Below are positions 1 through 13,797 of a stretch of DNA of 64,000 bases, in pieces (the stretch's first letter is position 1; each line of letters begins with the position of its first letter). The position numbers and the translations under genes were made by a program. Under the pieces are notes generated by a model. That model was not told the DNA's origin. It did not search any database and saw only the letters and a list, made by a program, of their open reading frames with translations. Origin of the DNA: Ophelia neglecta (taxonomy: Eukaryota); assembly GCA_965285935.1 (NCBI GenBank), contig OZ260665.1, positions 25,792,001 to 25,856,000 on the forward strand. The letters run 5' to 3'.

Positions 1-1039
1 CGATAGCTTTTCTAGCAAGTTATAAACAGGTCTAATGACCTTTCGAAGTAATAATTAGGACAGAAAACTAGGCATGAATGGTCGTATCGACGGAAAATAG
101 TGTAGTCTTTCTAACCGCTGTTCGGGAGAGTACAGTTTTCTTTTTGACACATAATAAGATGTTATGGTGGATGCATTCTGCAAAGGGATAAAACATTGAG
201 CATTTATTAAACTGAAATTTCCTCCCTTGATTTCCTTCAATGAGGATACCAGCGCGGTATTTTATATATATGCAAATGTGGTTGAATATGATTGGACGCC
301 GTATTGACACGACTTGGTGTATGTAAGAGGCCACTACAATTAGCTATCCAGTGGAACTGGTTTAAGCGCCGAAATGCCAGTGTTCATGTGCATACATCCG
401 CCGAGAAAAAATGAAGTCACTGGCATATGACACTCACTGGTATTCGTCGATGGCCCATAATCCCCTGTGTGTCCATCAATATCTAATTTTTGGCACCATT
501 GTCTGCACTGAAATCACCCTGCGCCATTTGCACCAGTTCTTACCTGGCTCTTTGCCCTATACCCTATAGCCTACAAAGGAAAGCTTATTTGCTTTAACGA
601 ACCGATGTTTATAACCAAGATCTCTCAGTGATAGGGAAAGTGATCGTAGACAATTATGGTACATGTAAGAAGTCCAGGTAATGACACAGAGACTGCTCAT
701 AGATGCCCTTTACAATGCTACCCCCAAATGGCAAATCGTATAAATGTATATCCACAAATAGTACCCAGGACGAAAAGACCTTTGTTTTCACCTTATTTCT
801 ACACTTTTGGGCCGATATCAGAATATTTTGGTAATCAAACCCATTCAGCCCTGCCTTTTCAAACGACGCCAAAAAGAAATGATTTCACAGCACAGTGACT
901 ATTAACCGGCAATACGTTTAAGGAGCTTAACTTTTTCTGGTGTAAATACCAGAAATTATATAATTTATCCTTTAAATATATTTATTGATTGGGTCTGTTG
1001 TTATTTAATCCTGCACCCTTACAATTGTATAAAATTTCC

Positions 1040-1124
1040 TTTTATGTAAAGCGCTTTGAGCGTTTTAAGGTAAGGCGCTATACAAATATCTTAAATTATA
1101 TTGTAAATAATAATAATAATAAAA
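1040..1124 (+). mobile_element. 3' tail remnant of an L2/CR1-group LINE or related SINE
   Basis: TGTAAAGCGCTTTGAGCG...GTAAGGCGCTATACAAAT followed by (TAA)n resembles the stem-loop plus short-repeat tail of L2-clade elements. Confidence 0.5.
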
Positions 1125-4100
1125 TAATTTCGTTGGCGTTGTCTGCTTCAATGATATACACCAGCATGGCCTAGACCTTAATTTCGCGGTCCTATTAGTG
1201 TAACTTACCCTACAAGGTTAACTAGAATTGACCGCGTTTTCCCTTCTGGAGTTTTTTTTATTTATTAGCGTGACAAACATAGTGAAAAAGTAAATCTTGG
1301 CGATGTTTACATATTCGGCTTACTAACTGACTACTTTGCTCGAGCAAGCGTCGAGATTTTCTTTACATTCTATACGTTTATCAACCCTGACTTATTTAGA
1401 ATTCTTCTGTTGCACCGAGAGCGATTTCTCCCGGAATTAAATTCCTTAGTAAATAAATGAGGTACACATTATGTGTTTGAAACTTATTAAGCAGGCCATG
1501 TAAATATTCTAATAGAGAATTCCAATGTGGAATTGCGGTTCTATCGTAACCTATTTGCTACGTTTGACAAACATAGATAAATTCAAGAGGGCAGTAGTTG
1601 AAAATAACCACTCGATGGGGAATTCTTTACTGTTGTGTATATTTTCTGCAGCCTGGTGTTTATAAACACAGGAAAACATTCTACTCCTCCTTTTCTCTGC
1701 CTCAGGCTTAAGAAAGGCGGTAGGGAAAGTTTCTGGTTCTCATAGAGTTCGTCATGCTTCTCTCAAGTTCGGAAGTTTATGTTTATTTGGTGGACATGTC
1801 ATCCGGCGTAACTCAATAATAACCTTGTATATACATACTATATCAACACAGACTGCCCTGATGGTACTTTGTTTACCAACTGAGTATAGGAGAAAACTCT
1901 GCAACAGAATATATAACTGAATATATAGTCGCTTTTTCTACCAAGACCTTCAATAATCCATACTATCTCTTGATACGATAATACACATCAATTACCGATG
2001 CCTTTTCTACACAATAAAGTGGTATTTAATTGTGCATTAATCTATTTTTTTGCGTGGACTTGGATAAAGCTCTTCTTAACACCTGGTAATTAATACATTT
2101 TACCATGCACATGAATGCATATACGACCAAAGTTATATTACCAAATGACATTGTTATCATGCAGGATTCTTATCAATATAGAAAGCATATGTCTGTCCAA
2201 GACAAACACAAGAATTCTTGGGAATACCTCGTAGATCTTGCCTATTAATTTAGCGCAATTACACTGGGTTTGAAACATTAAAGTTTTCATTCAATTAAGG
2301 AAAAATTCTTGCTAACATTTATGAGCTTTTTGTTCCTACTGACTAGTTTCCTTACAATGAGTATTAGAAAATATAAATAAATGATAGTTGACATGTATTC
2401 TAAGGTATGCAAATTATGCTCGTTTAAAATTTAAACACTTTATTAAGCCTTCGCTACGGAAAATGATTTATTGTTCAAATAAATGGCAATATCAATATGA
2501 TGTATACATACCTGATGGGTTAGTGAATAGAGGCTGCATTTTAGGTAAAGGCAATGAAGTGGGTCACATTGACTTGTGGCATACCCATATACAGTGGAAT
2601 TCAGAGATGTATATATATATATGCTGTGACACGGACTTTACTTCAAATGTAAGTTAATGTTTTCGAAAATGTTTTTCCTCTAATGACTTTTATCGTCTCC
2701 CTGAGCTTTTAATGTCTTACATAGAAAGCCTATTTTGTAACAAAAGCATCATGCTAAGCGCCAGAAGAGCATCGATCTATTGTGAGCTTTCTTTGAATAA
2801 AAATCTTATCGGGAAAATGTACCAACATTCTTAGTCAGGGTTTAATTTAATGCCGAAGGCACATTCTGTATCTCAAAAAATTGGTTATTTGCTTTGGATA
2901 GTCACGTTAGTGCGGCTTACATAGAAGGCTGATTATAAAATGTAGCTAGATGAATATTCAATTAGGATAATTGGTTTGGCTGCCATGCAATGGACACCTT
3001 TTAAACCCTCTACCTTGAGTAATTTGTTGGTCACGTAAAAAGCAAAAATTGAATCCATTGTCACAGCCAGTCACATAAACCCTCGGAAGCCAAGTGATTG
3101 TTGAGGCAAATCACAAGGACTCTTGCCTGTCTGGAAGTATAAAAACATTAAAGAACACTGAGTGATTATAGAAATTGCAATGATGGTTCAGGATAGGGCA
3201 GCGTGAGGAAAGCATTAAAAAAAGTAAATAAGTAATTTGCTTTTGATATTGCGGTCATTGTCAATATCAAAACGATTTAAATGGTAATTTCTCAAGGGGC
3301 ATAGCTTGCGATATCTTTCTAACTGACTGATTAACCGACAGGCAAATGACTGTGTCTAGAACGGAAAATAATCAACTGGCTACAGAAGAGCGTAGGTGAA
3401 ATATACCTGGCGTTGAGAAAGCAAGATTTCTCTCTTTCTCTCAAAGCATCAAATAATATGTTTCCATTACATGTATATCAGCAGAAACGAATTTTTTTAT
3501 ACCGACGATTACGGAGGGTTGTTTTTAATTTAAGGTACTTTCCCGGAAGCGGTGGCGCTTCGAAAGATTTAAGCGTGTGACACCTTTTGTTTCACATTCA
3601 AGAAAAAATCACATAGTAGACCCATCTGGTACTAAAAAAAAGGCTGGTTCCACTGTGTGTGGTGCTGCCGCTGCCCGGTCCTGATAATTTCAGATCAATT
3701 CAATGGATTTGACTTTGTCTGACAGGTATGCACTCCCGTTTTAAATGCTTGGAGGGACAGGGCAGCTGATGGGGTTATTACCACAGGCCTATAAAGTTCA
3801 TATTTACATCTTTTTACGATGAAATTCTTTTTAATCCTTCATTTATTTACCTGTACCTGTATAGTTCATCTTACATAAGTAAATTAAGGATTAATAACGA
3901 AATTATTTAATAAAACCGGTATCTAGCATCTCTGTCTCGTGGTGTTCCCAGCTGTTCAAAAGTAGCCTATGAAAATACCGGCGTTGGTTATTAGTCTTCC
4001 ACCATAGCGGCTCACCCAACGTTAGTTGGCAGGGAAGACGGTATATGTAAAGTAAGTTAGTAATTGCACTTGTGAATATCTATCATTGACTATGGTAGAA

Positions 4101-4386
4101 TCCTACAGCGCGGTGTCTAAAAATCATTTCGGGACAGCAGCTACACCTAGTGAAAAACAAACTGCTTAGTTCGATACCTATAACTTCCTGGTCAAGATCC
4201 TGGATTACCAGTGCTGTGTGGAATGCTTTGGGTTGCAGGGCATGACTCGCAGCTCCAGCAGCACAGAGCATGAAATATAGCACAAAACAGTCACCACAGT
4301 ATACAATTCCTGCAGGAAAGGCCTCTTCAGGAAAGTAAACTGCAAACATCGACATGAATTTCAGCCCGTTGGAGGCTTAGACCTAT

Positions 4387-4519
4387 AGGGTCCTGAATGA
4401 AGAGACCCTTGGGTTTGTCACCGAGATTCTGGTCGGGGGCCAACCCGAGCTGCATGATGTCATGTTGAAACTTTGATTTTTATTATTATTAATGTCAGGC
4501 GTCTCTTCAATTGGACCCT
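4387..4519. mobile_element. Small degenerate MITE-like element
   Basis: Imperfect terminal inverted repeats AGGGTCCTGAATGAAGAGAC / GTCTCTTCAATTGGACCCT about 130 bp apart; no clear TSD. Confidence 0.35.
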
Positions 4520-7500
4520 CTCATAGATGTGAGATGTGTAGAGGGAAAGCTAAAATGGCTATCAGCCTGTAGGTAGTCAATGCAGTGCATGGCAAAGAAC
4601 CTTGTCAAAGATACAACAGCTGAACAGGGGCCGGTTGTTGAAAGATTCTTGATTTAAAATAAAAAATATTTGGAATTGAGTAAGTCTTATTTGGGACTTA
4701 AGTATTTTGCAAATTAAAACCAAGTCACTATTCGAAAAAAGAAAACCTATTGTATCCCACAAATTTAATACAGTTATTCTTTCCAAATTCTCTACGAATA
4801 TTTTTGTGTTGCTAAGGAAAAACTAGAAAAAAAATCAATGTTATATTGCGGGGGGGGGGGGGGGGCTCTTGTGTCAAAGGAAATAGTAGGGGTGCTGGTT
4901 CATGGTGATTTCGGACTGTTTAATAAACTATTCTAGATTAAGGATTTGGCTTTTTCTCCCGGATATCCACCTCCTTTTTGTACAAGAACTGCCATATTTT
5001 CTGACGAAATTACTTTCCAGTTCGTTCGAAAGTGACACCTTTTCAATGTCAAAATAACTTATTAGTTTTGAATACCAAAGGGGGGACACAAATATGCTGA
5101 AAATTGACAAGTGTACTGAAAGATAGGAGTACAACTGGAGATAACCATTTGTATAGTTTAATGTGATTCGTTTTCAGCTGGATAAACCTAAGCTGTATAG
5201 AAAATAGATTAGATTGTAGCTAAAAACTAAATTTTAAGTTTTTTCTAACGTGATTATATCAAACTGGTCGACTATAATTATATTCATAACTGATAGAATC
5301 CACAACGGACTCACATCGATTGTTTTCGCGAAGCCTATATGGTCTTCCCGGTAAGCACCTGCTCCTCCTACCAACCAATATTGTGAAAGAACGCTAATAG
5401 ACTATGTTTCTTCCATTGCCATGGAAACCAACCCGAAAACACGAAATGAGAATTTCCAGACTGTGTCAAATTTCCCTTGGCGACTGTTTGAAGCCCTTAA
5501 CCAGATTTTATAGCCCAATTACGGCATAGTTTTTGTCAACAGTTTCCTAGTCTTAGACAGAGAACAATATTAAGCATTGCACTAAAACATTTCCAGGTTG
5601 TCCAGGGAAACTACTGTAGGTAATAATAAATGAACATTTCCACACGCATTTAATGAAACTTGTTGATGGGCTGCTGAGTGTTTAGATATTACTTCACAAG
5701 ATGTTGTACACATTGAATCAACAATAAAAAGTATTTCTATGGAAACACGCCCTGATCTGATTCTGGCAGCGTTTCAAATAAATAACTTTGTTACTTGTGT
5801 TAAATTGTGCATACATGTGTTAGATATTAGTCATGTGTACAATCTTTCGATGACACTCGTAGAAAGGAATACAATCTTGTTAATAATGATAGAAATGATG
5901 TTTGTCTTTCCCAGACTGCAGCGACAAGGTCTCTCGACAACTTTCTCCAGCAGTACGGTTCTAGGTTTCGTTTGAGTTCTTGTGCAAATATGTAATTGGG
6001 CCAACACATATTTGGCTCAAGATGACATGCCAAATGAATCTAAAGTGTATATGTCAATATTAGTTAATAATGCATCTCTTCGATAAACCAGTGAGATAAA
6101 TAGGTACATACTTCCATTCCGAGTTATGCTCCTACAATAACTTGTAGCATGATAAAAGAATAGGCGAATGTTTTTCCTTTTTTCTACGCCAGTTTTAATG
6201 ACCCAGTACTTCCAAATAAAGATTGAAACTGGTTATGAGCTTCAAGCGATAGCATGACTTGGAATGAATAATGGAGAAATATCTTGGTTGCAATTTTATC
6301 ATTTTCGCAAGATGAAATTTAAACAATTGAGTTTATTTTACATTAGATATTTATCTTGCATTAATCAATTGATGAAAGATATCTATAGCCAATCAATATC
6401 ATATCATAAGGGGAATTAAAAAAAAAACAGTACAGTAACTAACTGACATCTTACTAAACCTATGATATATTTGAAAAATCTGGAGTGGATACTCTGTAGG
6501 CAAAGAGAAATTATAAGTCAAGAATAGTCCATAACTCGGTCCGAAATCATCAGAAAGCCAATGCCACAGCCCAAAACAAACTAATTACAATAAATCAATC
6601 TCCAGATCACAAAGCAAAAGAGTCAATGGTTGAAGTAGGGTAAAGATGTAATCATCCCAAGAGAGGCATTGATAGCGATGATATACTGTGGATGATATCT
6701 CTGGATGCATGTTGAAACATCCCCGTTGTGCGTTAAAATAATATAAGTACTGCTTTATTGCTTTACCTTGCGAAAAAGAAATATACTGAAGGCATCAAAT
6801 TAGATGGCCTGCACGTCTACACAGTGTATTGGCCGTATAGGACCAGGAATAAATTGCCACTGCTTCTCAATAACCTATTTGTCATCGCGACAAGCTGAAG
6901 GGTCTACATTGATGTGTTCATGATGGAACAGATTGATAATAACAATAATGAATACAATTATGGAAAAGATTAATAATAGGAACATGTAATGATACAAATA
7001 ACTGTCATCAAAAATCATGTCATCACTGTCACTGTCATCACTTTTCTTTGTAATGCCCTTGATTTTTAGTGCAGAACAGATAAATATAAAAACTTTTATG
7101 ACAGTATACTTCTGATGAAATGAGACAGGGAACTAAAATGTGCCCTGAATTAGCTGACCGGCATATACAAAATAATAATTCAATAAGACAAACCAAAAAT
7201 ATTTACTGTCTACCTCTAGAATTCCATATATACACAGCAAGAACTTCTGAATTGGCAAACAAGGAGATGATTAAGAAGTTCTGTGGTTTTGATATTAACA
7301 ACAATTAAGCTCTTTTCAATGCTGCAGTAACTGAAACTTGGACTTTCAATGCTCGGTTTGAAATAGCGCTAAATGGATTAGGATCTTATTCCAATCAGTA
7401 AAAGCATACGATGCGAAACGATACGGAGGGTTTAGTTAACACAATCGTTGTATGAAAGGTGGCGCCTGCCGAATGATTAATGCTTTGAGACAGGATGTGG

Positions 7501-7873
7501 CATTTCGAAGTCACGTTTACCTATAGCCGGCTCGGGAATCACAATCCCTATCTGGTTATGCAATGTTAACAAATAATGTAAACGAAAGTACTCGTTGTCT
7601 ATGCCTTAACGCCTAGGTGCCAAAACAATATGGTTGCTCAACCCATTAACCTGGGCGTTTGAGCCATTATGATGAATGGTTACAGCGCATCGTACATCGG
7701 ACATTTACCCCTACCCGTCTGATTCACGTTGCAATATGTACAATATACAATCAAAAGTACAGGGCTGAATTTCCCATGAACCAAAATAATACCGGAATGA
7801 AAACCAGATGTAGCTTTTCTCTCTGCAGAATGGATCAATCAGGGAGGGCATACGTGCAGAATGGATTTATATA

Positions 7874-8040
7874 TATGTGATTTAGCCCAGTCTTGGATAG
7901 GACCGAAAATCAGTGAGTGAAATGAATACAGGTTTCATCGGATTTAGCAAATCTTACAAATCACAGCTAAATCCGATGAAACCTGTGTTCATTTCACTCA
8001 CCTATTTTCGGTCCTATACAAGACAGTGTTAAATCACCTA
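7874..8040. mobile_element. Fold-back (palindromic) MITE
   Basis: Arms of about 75 bp (GTGATTTAGCCCAGTCTTGGATAGGACCGAAAAT...CATCGGATTTAGC and its near-perfect reverse complement) around a spacer of about 17 nt. Confidence 0.7.
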
Positions 8041-9632
8041 GCAGTCATAGCACCAGACCTCAGACACCTATACCCCGGGGAAAGTTTGTTTTATCACACA
8101 GAAGCTGCAATACTTCAAGCTACTATAAAGTTGTGTGTTTACTGTTGATTTACCGGCCATGCCATCTGGTGTAACTCAGCACTAAACATAGACGGGCTAT
8201 GTCAACAGAGCCTGCTCTGGGCAAGCCCACTGGCAATCTCTAGCAGAGGTATATCCCACGCAGCAGACGACACAGCTTCTTCTTGTTCCTGGTTATGGGT
8301 TTTGGATTGTGTATCGGGTATCCAATCGCGTCTCTTTAAAGCATGAACATGCATCTCTATGGCTAGTTGTGCTCTTGCAACATAAATAGTGAGTGGATAC
8401 AAGGCAGGTAAAGCAAAATCATTAATCGAGAACGGTCCATTTAATCGGTCCGAAATCATCAAGAATGACCCACATATATTAATCATAGATCCCAAGCAGT
8501 AAATAAACGCAAAGAAAATGAGATCCTTTCAGGAGGATTAGTCAGAACAAACGAGTCAGTGTAGAAAAAACTTGGGATCCTTGGTGTAATTGCCTCAATA
8601 CAAATTAACTACAAACAAGATATGAATACACATAAAAAACAAAAAGGACACTCAGTGGACGAAACAAATAGCACACACCCTAGTTGTATAATGCACATTA
8701 GTTTCATGTGTACAATAGCCGCCTTCTTGACACTGGCGTACGCCGGTGATTAACCCATACACATAGGAGGCGAATTTTTCTTTACGATGACTCTTTTTTA
8801 GACTGTAGGTTCTAATTACGTTTGTTTTAAAAGCTACGCAGCAAAACATTGTAATAAGTTATTTTACACATTTAAGGAAGAGGATTCTGGAACTCAAAAT
8901 TTTGAAGTGGTAAATGAGATTCTTTTAGATACTTCTAAACGGCACCATCGCAAGGCGAGTATGTTCCATTGACAAATGAACATCAAACATGAACAGGCAC
9001 TCAACACCTAGCCTTTTTAACCGCATGAACTAATGGCACTGCAAAAACAGGCTATTTAAAGTCTTTATATGTATCTCCCCGCTTGTAGGACCTGCTAATT
9101 TCACCAGAGCATTTATTGATATCTCAGGTGTAGACAAGCATCTGTCGTGTGTGCTAATTGTGCATATTCCATCACCTCTGTTCAACAAATACCCATTTCC
9201 GTGGGTGGAGAGAGGGGCGTGTGAATGTAAAAGTCCTTGCATATCAGGCATCCACAAATTAAATGTTTAAAACTTTACTAGTGACCATAACACCTGGGAG
9301 CTTCTATGGTTCCACGGGGCAGAGGTGAATGCTTGGATTAAAGTCTAAAGATAAAAGCTTCAAAAAAAAACATCAGTAGTCGTATACATTCTCACTAAAT
9401 CAACACTTGGCTTTAACAACTGTTTATTACTCAGTCCAGGTCATCGAAAAACAGTGTTCTAGTCAGAATGCAAGCACCATGTGCATAGTTAAAATCGTGC
9501 GTTTGTTTATGGAGACAATTAGATCTGTTGCCACTATTTATGAGAAATTCGGCTTATACCTAACTTTTCTAGGCGCAATTGCATCTTCGTGCTAAGATGG
9601 CCAACGTTCTCTGGTTTAGCTGTCTGGCTCAC

Positions 9633-9857
9633 AGGCTTTTTATTTACAGCAAAAGCGAAAGGTAGCGGCGAAAGCAGCATTGAAAGCACAATAATCTATG
9701 ATATCCGTCATATTATAACCGATCCCTTACCCAAACATCTCGGATTTTGTTCTTAAAAACAAGGTGGTAAGGGCGGGGATATTATTGTGATCATACTAGC
9801 TCATTTTGAGAGGCCCAGCTGCTTTCGCCGAAGCTTTCGCATTTAACACAAAGCCGG
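9633..9857. mobile_element. MITE family A, copy 1 (PIF/Harbinger-like GGC termini)
   Basis: TIRs GGCTTT...GCGGCGAAAGCAGC / GCTGCTTTCGCCG...AAAGCC; the interior is clearly homologous to 26200-26426. Confidence 0.75.
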
Positions 9858-11693
9858 CTCAAATTATTAGTAATTACCATTGCCCCTAATAGCGCATGTT
9901 TTTATTTATATCACTAAATATTTACAAGTTTACTTGCACTTAAAGGACTAGTGATTGATGTTTTTGGACCAGAAGCTGACGCGTCCTGGTGGATTCGGAA
10001 AATGTCCATGTTTGTCATTACTTTTCTTTTGGATGCTGATTTACCTGCTGACTGTCCGCCCTTCTGTTGTATGTTTGGTGGATATAAATGTCCATGGCAA
10101 GACTGCTTTTGCCTTTTATAATGAGTTCTTTGTAATGACTTTCTGCGCAAAAATCTAATATTGTAGAGCAATGTCTTTTTCGAGAACAAATCTAGTATTT
10201 ACTGTGTAATGAAGAGTATATATCTATAGCAAAGCCAGCTGAAGAAAACAAAGAGTAATATCGTCTGTACGTGAGCAAGTATTTTCTTCAAGAACTTTTT
10301 CGAAAGGAAATAATGTAAAAGTAATGACATGCCCATTTAATGTGAAACTACTGCTCAGAACAAGGAACCAATTCGTGAAGGAGAACAGCCACTGGCCAAG
10401 TTAACCTCCTTATACAATAGAAACCCCCAGACATGTACCCTGACACCAACAGGTAAGGAAGTGGCAGAGTCGTTTCTTGATATCATGTAAATTCATGATG
10501 TAAGATTAGTAATGTCTTGGTAAAGGGGCCTTTACAACACAATTAAAAAGCACAGAAGGAGTCACAGAGCTTTTTATCGGTAACATTCGCACCTGGTACA
10601 CCAGGTGTCGACTGACATGACAAGTATATATGGGAACCTAACTACTACTTAAAATTCAAATTTCGCAAGGATCGGGATTGTCGTGTTTCTATGGAGACAA
10701 CGCCGCATATTTCACATCGTACACTCCTGAATGTATCCTACTCTCGGGCTCTGTTTTGAGCCGTTTAAGAAAATGGTTTTTCTCAACTAGCTTTCCAGCA
10801 ATTGGCCTTCCAAAATGCATAGTCCTAATATCATATGCCACCTTGAATCTGCAAAATGCTTATTATCTCATTTACAACAGTCGTAGATGTGAAAGCATAT
10901 ATTAAATGTCCGCTTCAAATGAAACCGGACGGATTTCCTTCTAGGTGTCGGCCATTCCGATAAGTCTCTTAACATTGAAAACAGTAGTTGATCATTGAAT
11001 GAGATTGAGATAAAATCGAAGGAAAAACAGCAATGGATACCCGGCAGTCAAAATGTATCAAGAATAACCTCTTAAATCAGTCCGAAGTCATTAGGGGCCG
11101 TCGGAGCTGCGTCTATGATAGTACGCTTGTGGTATGCATCTGCTAGCGAAAAGCAGAGCAGTTCAAAAGTCCAATTCCCACGAGTACATGTCTGTGAGTA
11201 TTACCTCGACTCGAAAAATGCATCATACATCCCAAATGTTCGTGTTGGAAGAAAAAGTAATATTACGCTGTCTGTACGGCTAAGAACTGACACATTATAT
11301 CTTGGGGTGGCATGCGAAACGGGTCTGATTTTATAGAGAATAGCGGCTCTACACCTGATAAACAGCATCAAAGTAGAATCGCATTAACCTGCCACTTCGA
11401 CAAAACATTATTTTTAACTTAAATTAATATTACACTATAGCTCCGAAGCTATAGGTTGCACAAGGGCATATTTCGAGAAAAATGATTAAATAAAGATTCG
11501 TAAAGTGATAAATAATTTGATTGTTTTGGACCAAATGTAAATAGAAAGTGGGGTTGAGGCAATATTTGCCCCTTTTGCCCTTGATCCCGTTTATTCACCA
11601 ACTTCGACCTATATTTTCAATTCTAATTTTTCAAGCGAGACAATTTAAGCTAGAAAGTAATGTCATTCCCTATATTTGATAAAAACCAATGTT

Positions 11694-12886
11694 TTTTTTT
11701 TTTTTTTTGAATTGAAATTGTTTATTGAGTCTAGATTAGTACAGACCGTTTACATATCATCCACATCATGACCAAATAACAAACAAATACCCATATGCAA
11801 AAATTATGTATATACTGTTTTGTATATAAGTAAACATATCATCACCTGCAGAGGATGCTATAGTAGATTGTATTTAATCTGCACACAAGAAACTCTTTAC
11901 ATTATAAACAAATATTTAATTAAAGAATCGTGAAGGTAATTGGATCCCGACAGGGAGGCTTGTGATATTTTTTTTCAATGTTGTAAATATAGAATAGCGA
12001 GTTATTTCATTCTTTCATATACAATGAAGAGTACAATGTTTCTTTACTTTCAAATGCCCCCTCCCTGCCCCACCCCAATATTGTCAAGCCCCAATAGTTG
12101 GCTAAAACCCCAACTTCCGAATGTGTTTCTCCCGTTGATAAATTAGCTCTAACTGGCCATTAAACTCGCGTCCATATTTATATTTTGAAATACACATATG
12201 GCATCTCTTTCCGAAATTACAACCTGCATGTGCAAGTGATTAGCAATGTCCGATTCTACCAGCCGCCATATGTGACGTATGTATCTACAGGAATAAAAGA
12301 AATGTTCATATGTATCTAGGATATTACAAAAAATACACAGGTTGTCTGGTCTCTTGCCCATTGTGTGCAAAAGATTTCCAGTTGGATATATACACTGCAA
12401 GATTTTCCACTGTAGGTCGACCAATCTGGCTTCACCTATAGTCGCATGTTTTGCAATATAATATGATTGTGATACTATGTCCCCATACTTTCCATACCAA
12501 TACTGAGGAAAGTTTTCTGGCTTCTTTCTCAATGATACCAGCAATTTCCGTACACAAGATGTAGATACATTAGTCATGTCCAAATTAGACAGGGTAATAT
12601 TTCTTTGTTCTATGCAAGGTAAAATTTTATTAATATTTGAACTAGTTAAAGCGTACTTTGCAATATTAATTTCCCATTGCGTGGCCGGGGAGTCCCCTAG
12701 GGCATTACGCACAATAGTTTCCGAAAAAGTACCATTCTCTAGCACGTCGCTAACCCAAACTATATCTCTGTCGATCCAACGTGGCAAGAAAATAGGTCTC
12801 CCCCGATACATAATATCTTTGTTGTTACACAAAACATCACTTCTTTCATTTAGGCCTACCTGACTTTTAATATTCAGCCATATTTT
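11694..12886 (-). mobile_element. 5'-truncated L1/Tx1-clade non-LTR retrotransposon
   Basis: Minus-strand poly(A) (T-run 11692-11708) preceded by AATAAA; 15-bp TSD ATAAAAACCAATGTT at 11679-11693 and 12887-12901; ORF2 C-terminus with a zf-RVT knuckle. Confidence 0.9.
12149..12886 (-). pseudogene. LINE ORF2 C-terminal fragment (zf-RVT CCHC zinc knuckle)
   Basis: Frame is open from the truncation point (KIWLNIK...); contains LQWKILQCIYPT and CIFCNILDTYEHFFYSC; RT domain absent. Confidence 0.85.
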
Positions 12887-13733
12887 ATAAAAACCAATGT
12901 TGTCTTCACAGGAATTAATGAAGAAAAACAGACGAAATCATACCTTGACCTTGATCAGGTTTTTTTACAGGTGTCGTATTCAGTCTGGTGCTGTGTGTAG
13001 GCTTGATTACACATGCAAAATTTCGGGTTATTTAAGTCTTTTTAGCTTCATCTGGTAAGTTGGTTCGTTTTACAAATATATCATTCATTGAAGACACTTC
13101 GGTTCACATTTCCTAAAGCCCCGATACGTTTACAATAATAAAAGGGCATGGACTGAGAAAATTCGAACTAGGGAAAAACATTGGTTTATGGCATGAATGA
13201 GTGAAATCAGCCAGTAGATAACCAACATCAGTGAGAAGGTACTGTACATTTCAATCTCTCCGAATTTATCGAATTCGGCAAACTACAGACCCAAAAGTAC
13301 GACTCATTATTACAAATAGCAACAAGAAATTGTTACATTTACGATGAGAAATTTTCAAAAGTTTTCCATCGGCCTATTCGGAAATTTCGCCAAGATACAA
13401 ACAGCTAGGGGTGCTGGACTTATTTCAAACAAATCGTCTTAGTTGAGTTAATAAAATAGCACGATAAGACAGAGCAATTTTGAAGGTTGATACCTAAACC
13501 GGAAGCTAATCCCCGGCTTAACATCACGTGAATCGCTGAAAGCAACCCTGAGCTGGAGCCATCCACTAAAGGGACATACAAATACAATTCCAAAGTTCAG
13601 GAAAATGAATCTCTTCGAAGAGCGCACATGGTGGATGCACCCTGCAAGATTTAAAGTAATGTTCACCTGTTCAGGCGCCAATGTCTACTGCTGAAAGTCT
13701 CATGCGGTTAATGACGACAACAGGGATGAAATA

Positions 13734-13734
<1 letters not shown>

Positions 13735-13797
<63 letters not shown>
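13735..13797. repeat. (CT)n microsatellite
   Basis: About 30 CT units, directly visible. Confidence 0.95.

Noticed and set aside
12576-12863. 95-aa plus-strand ORF
   Set aside because: Antisense shadow of the LINE ORF2 fragment.
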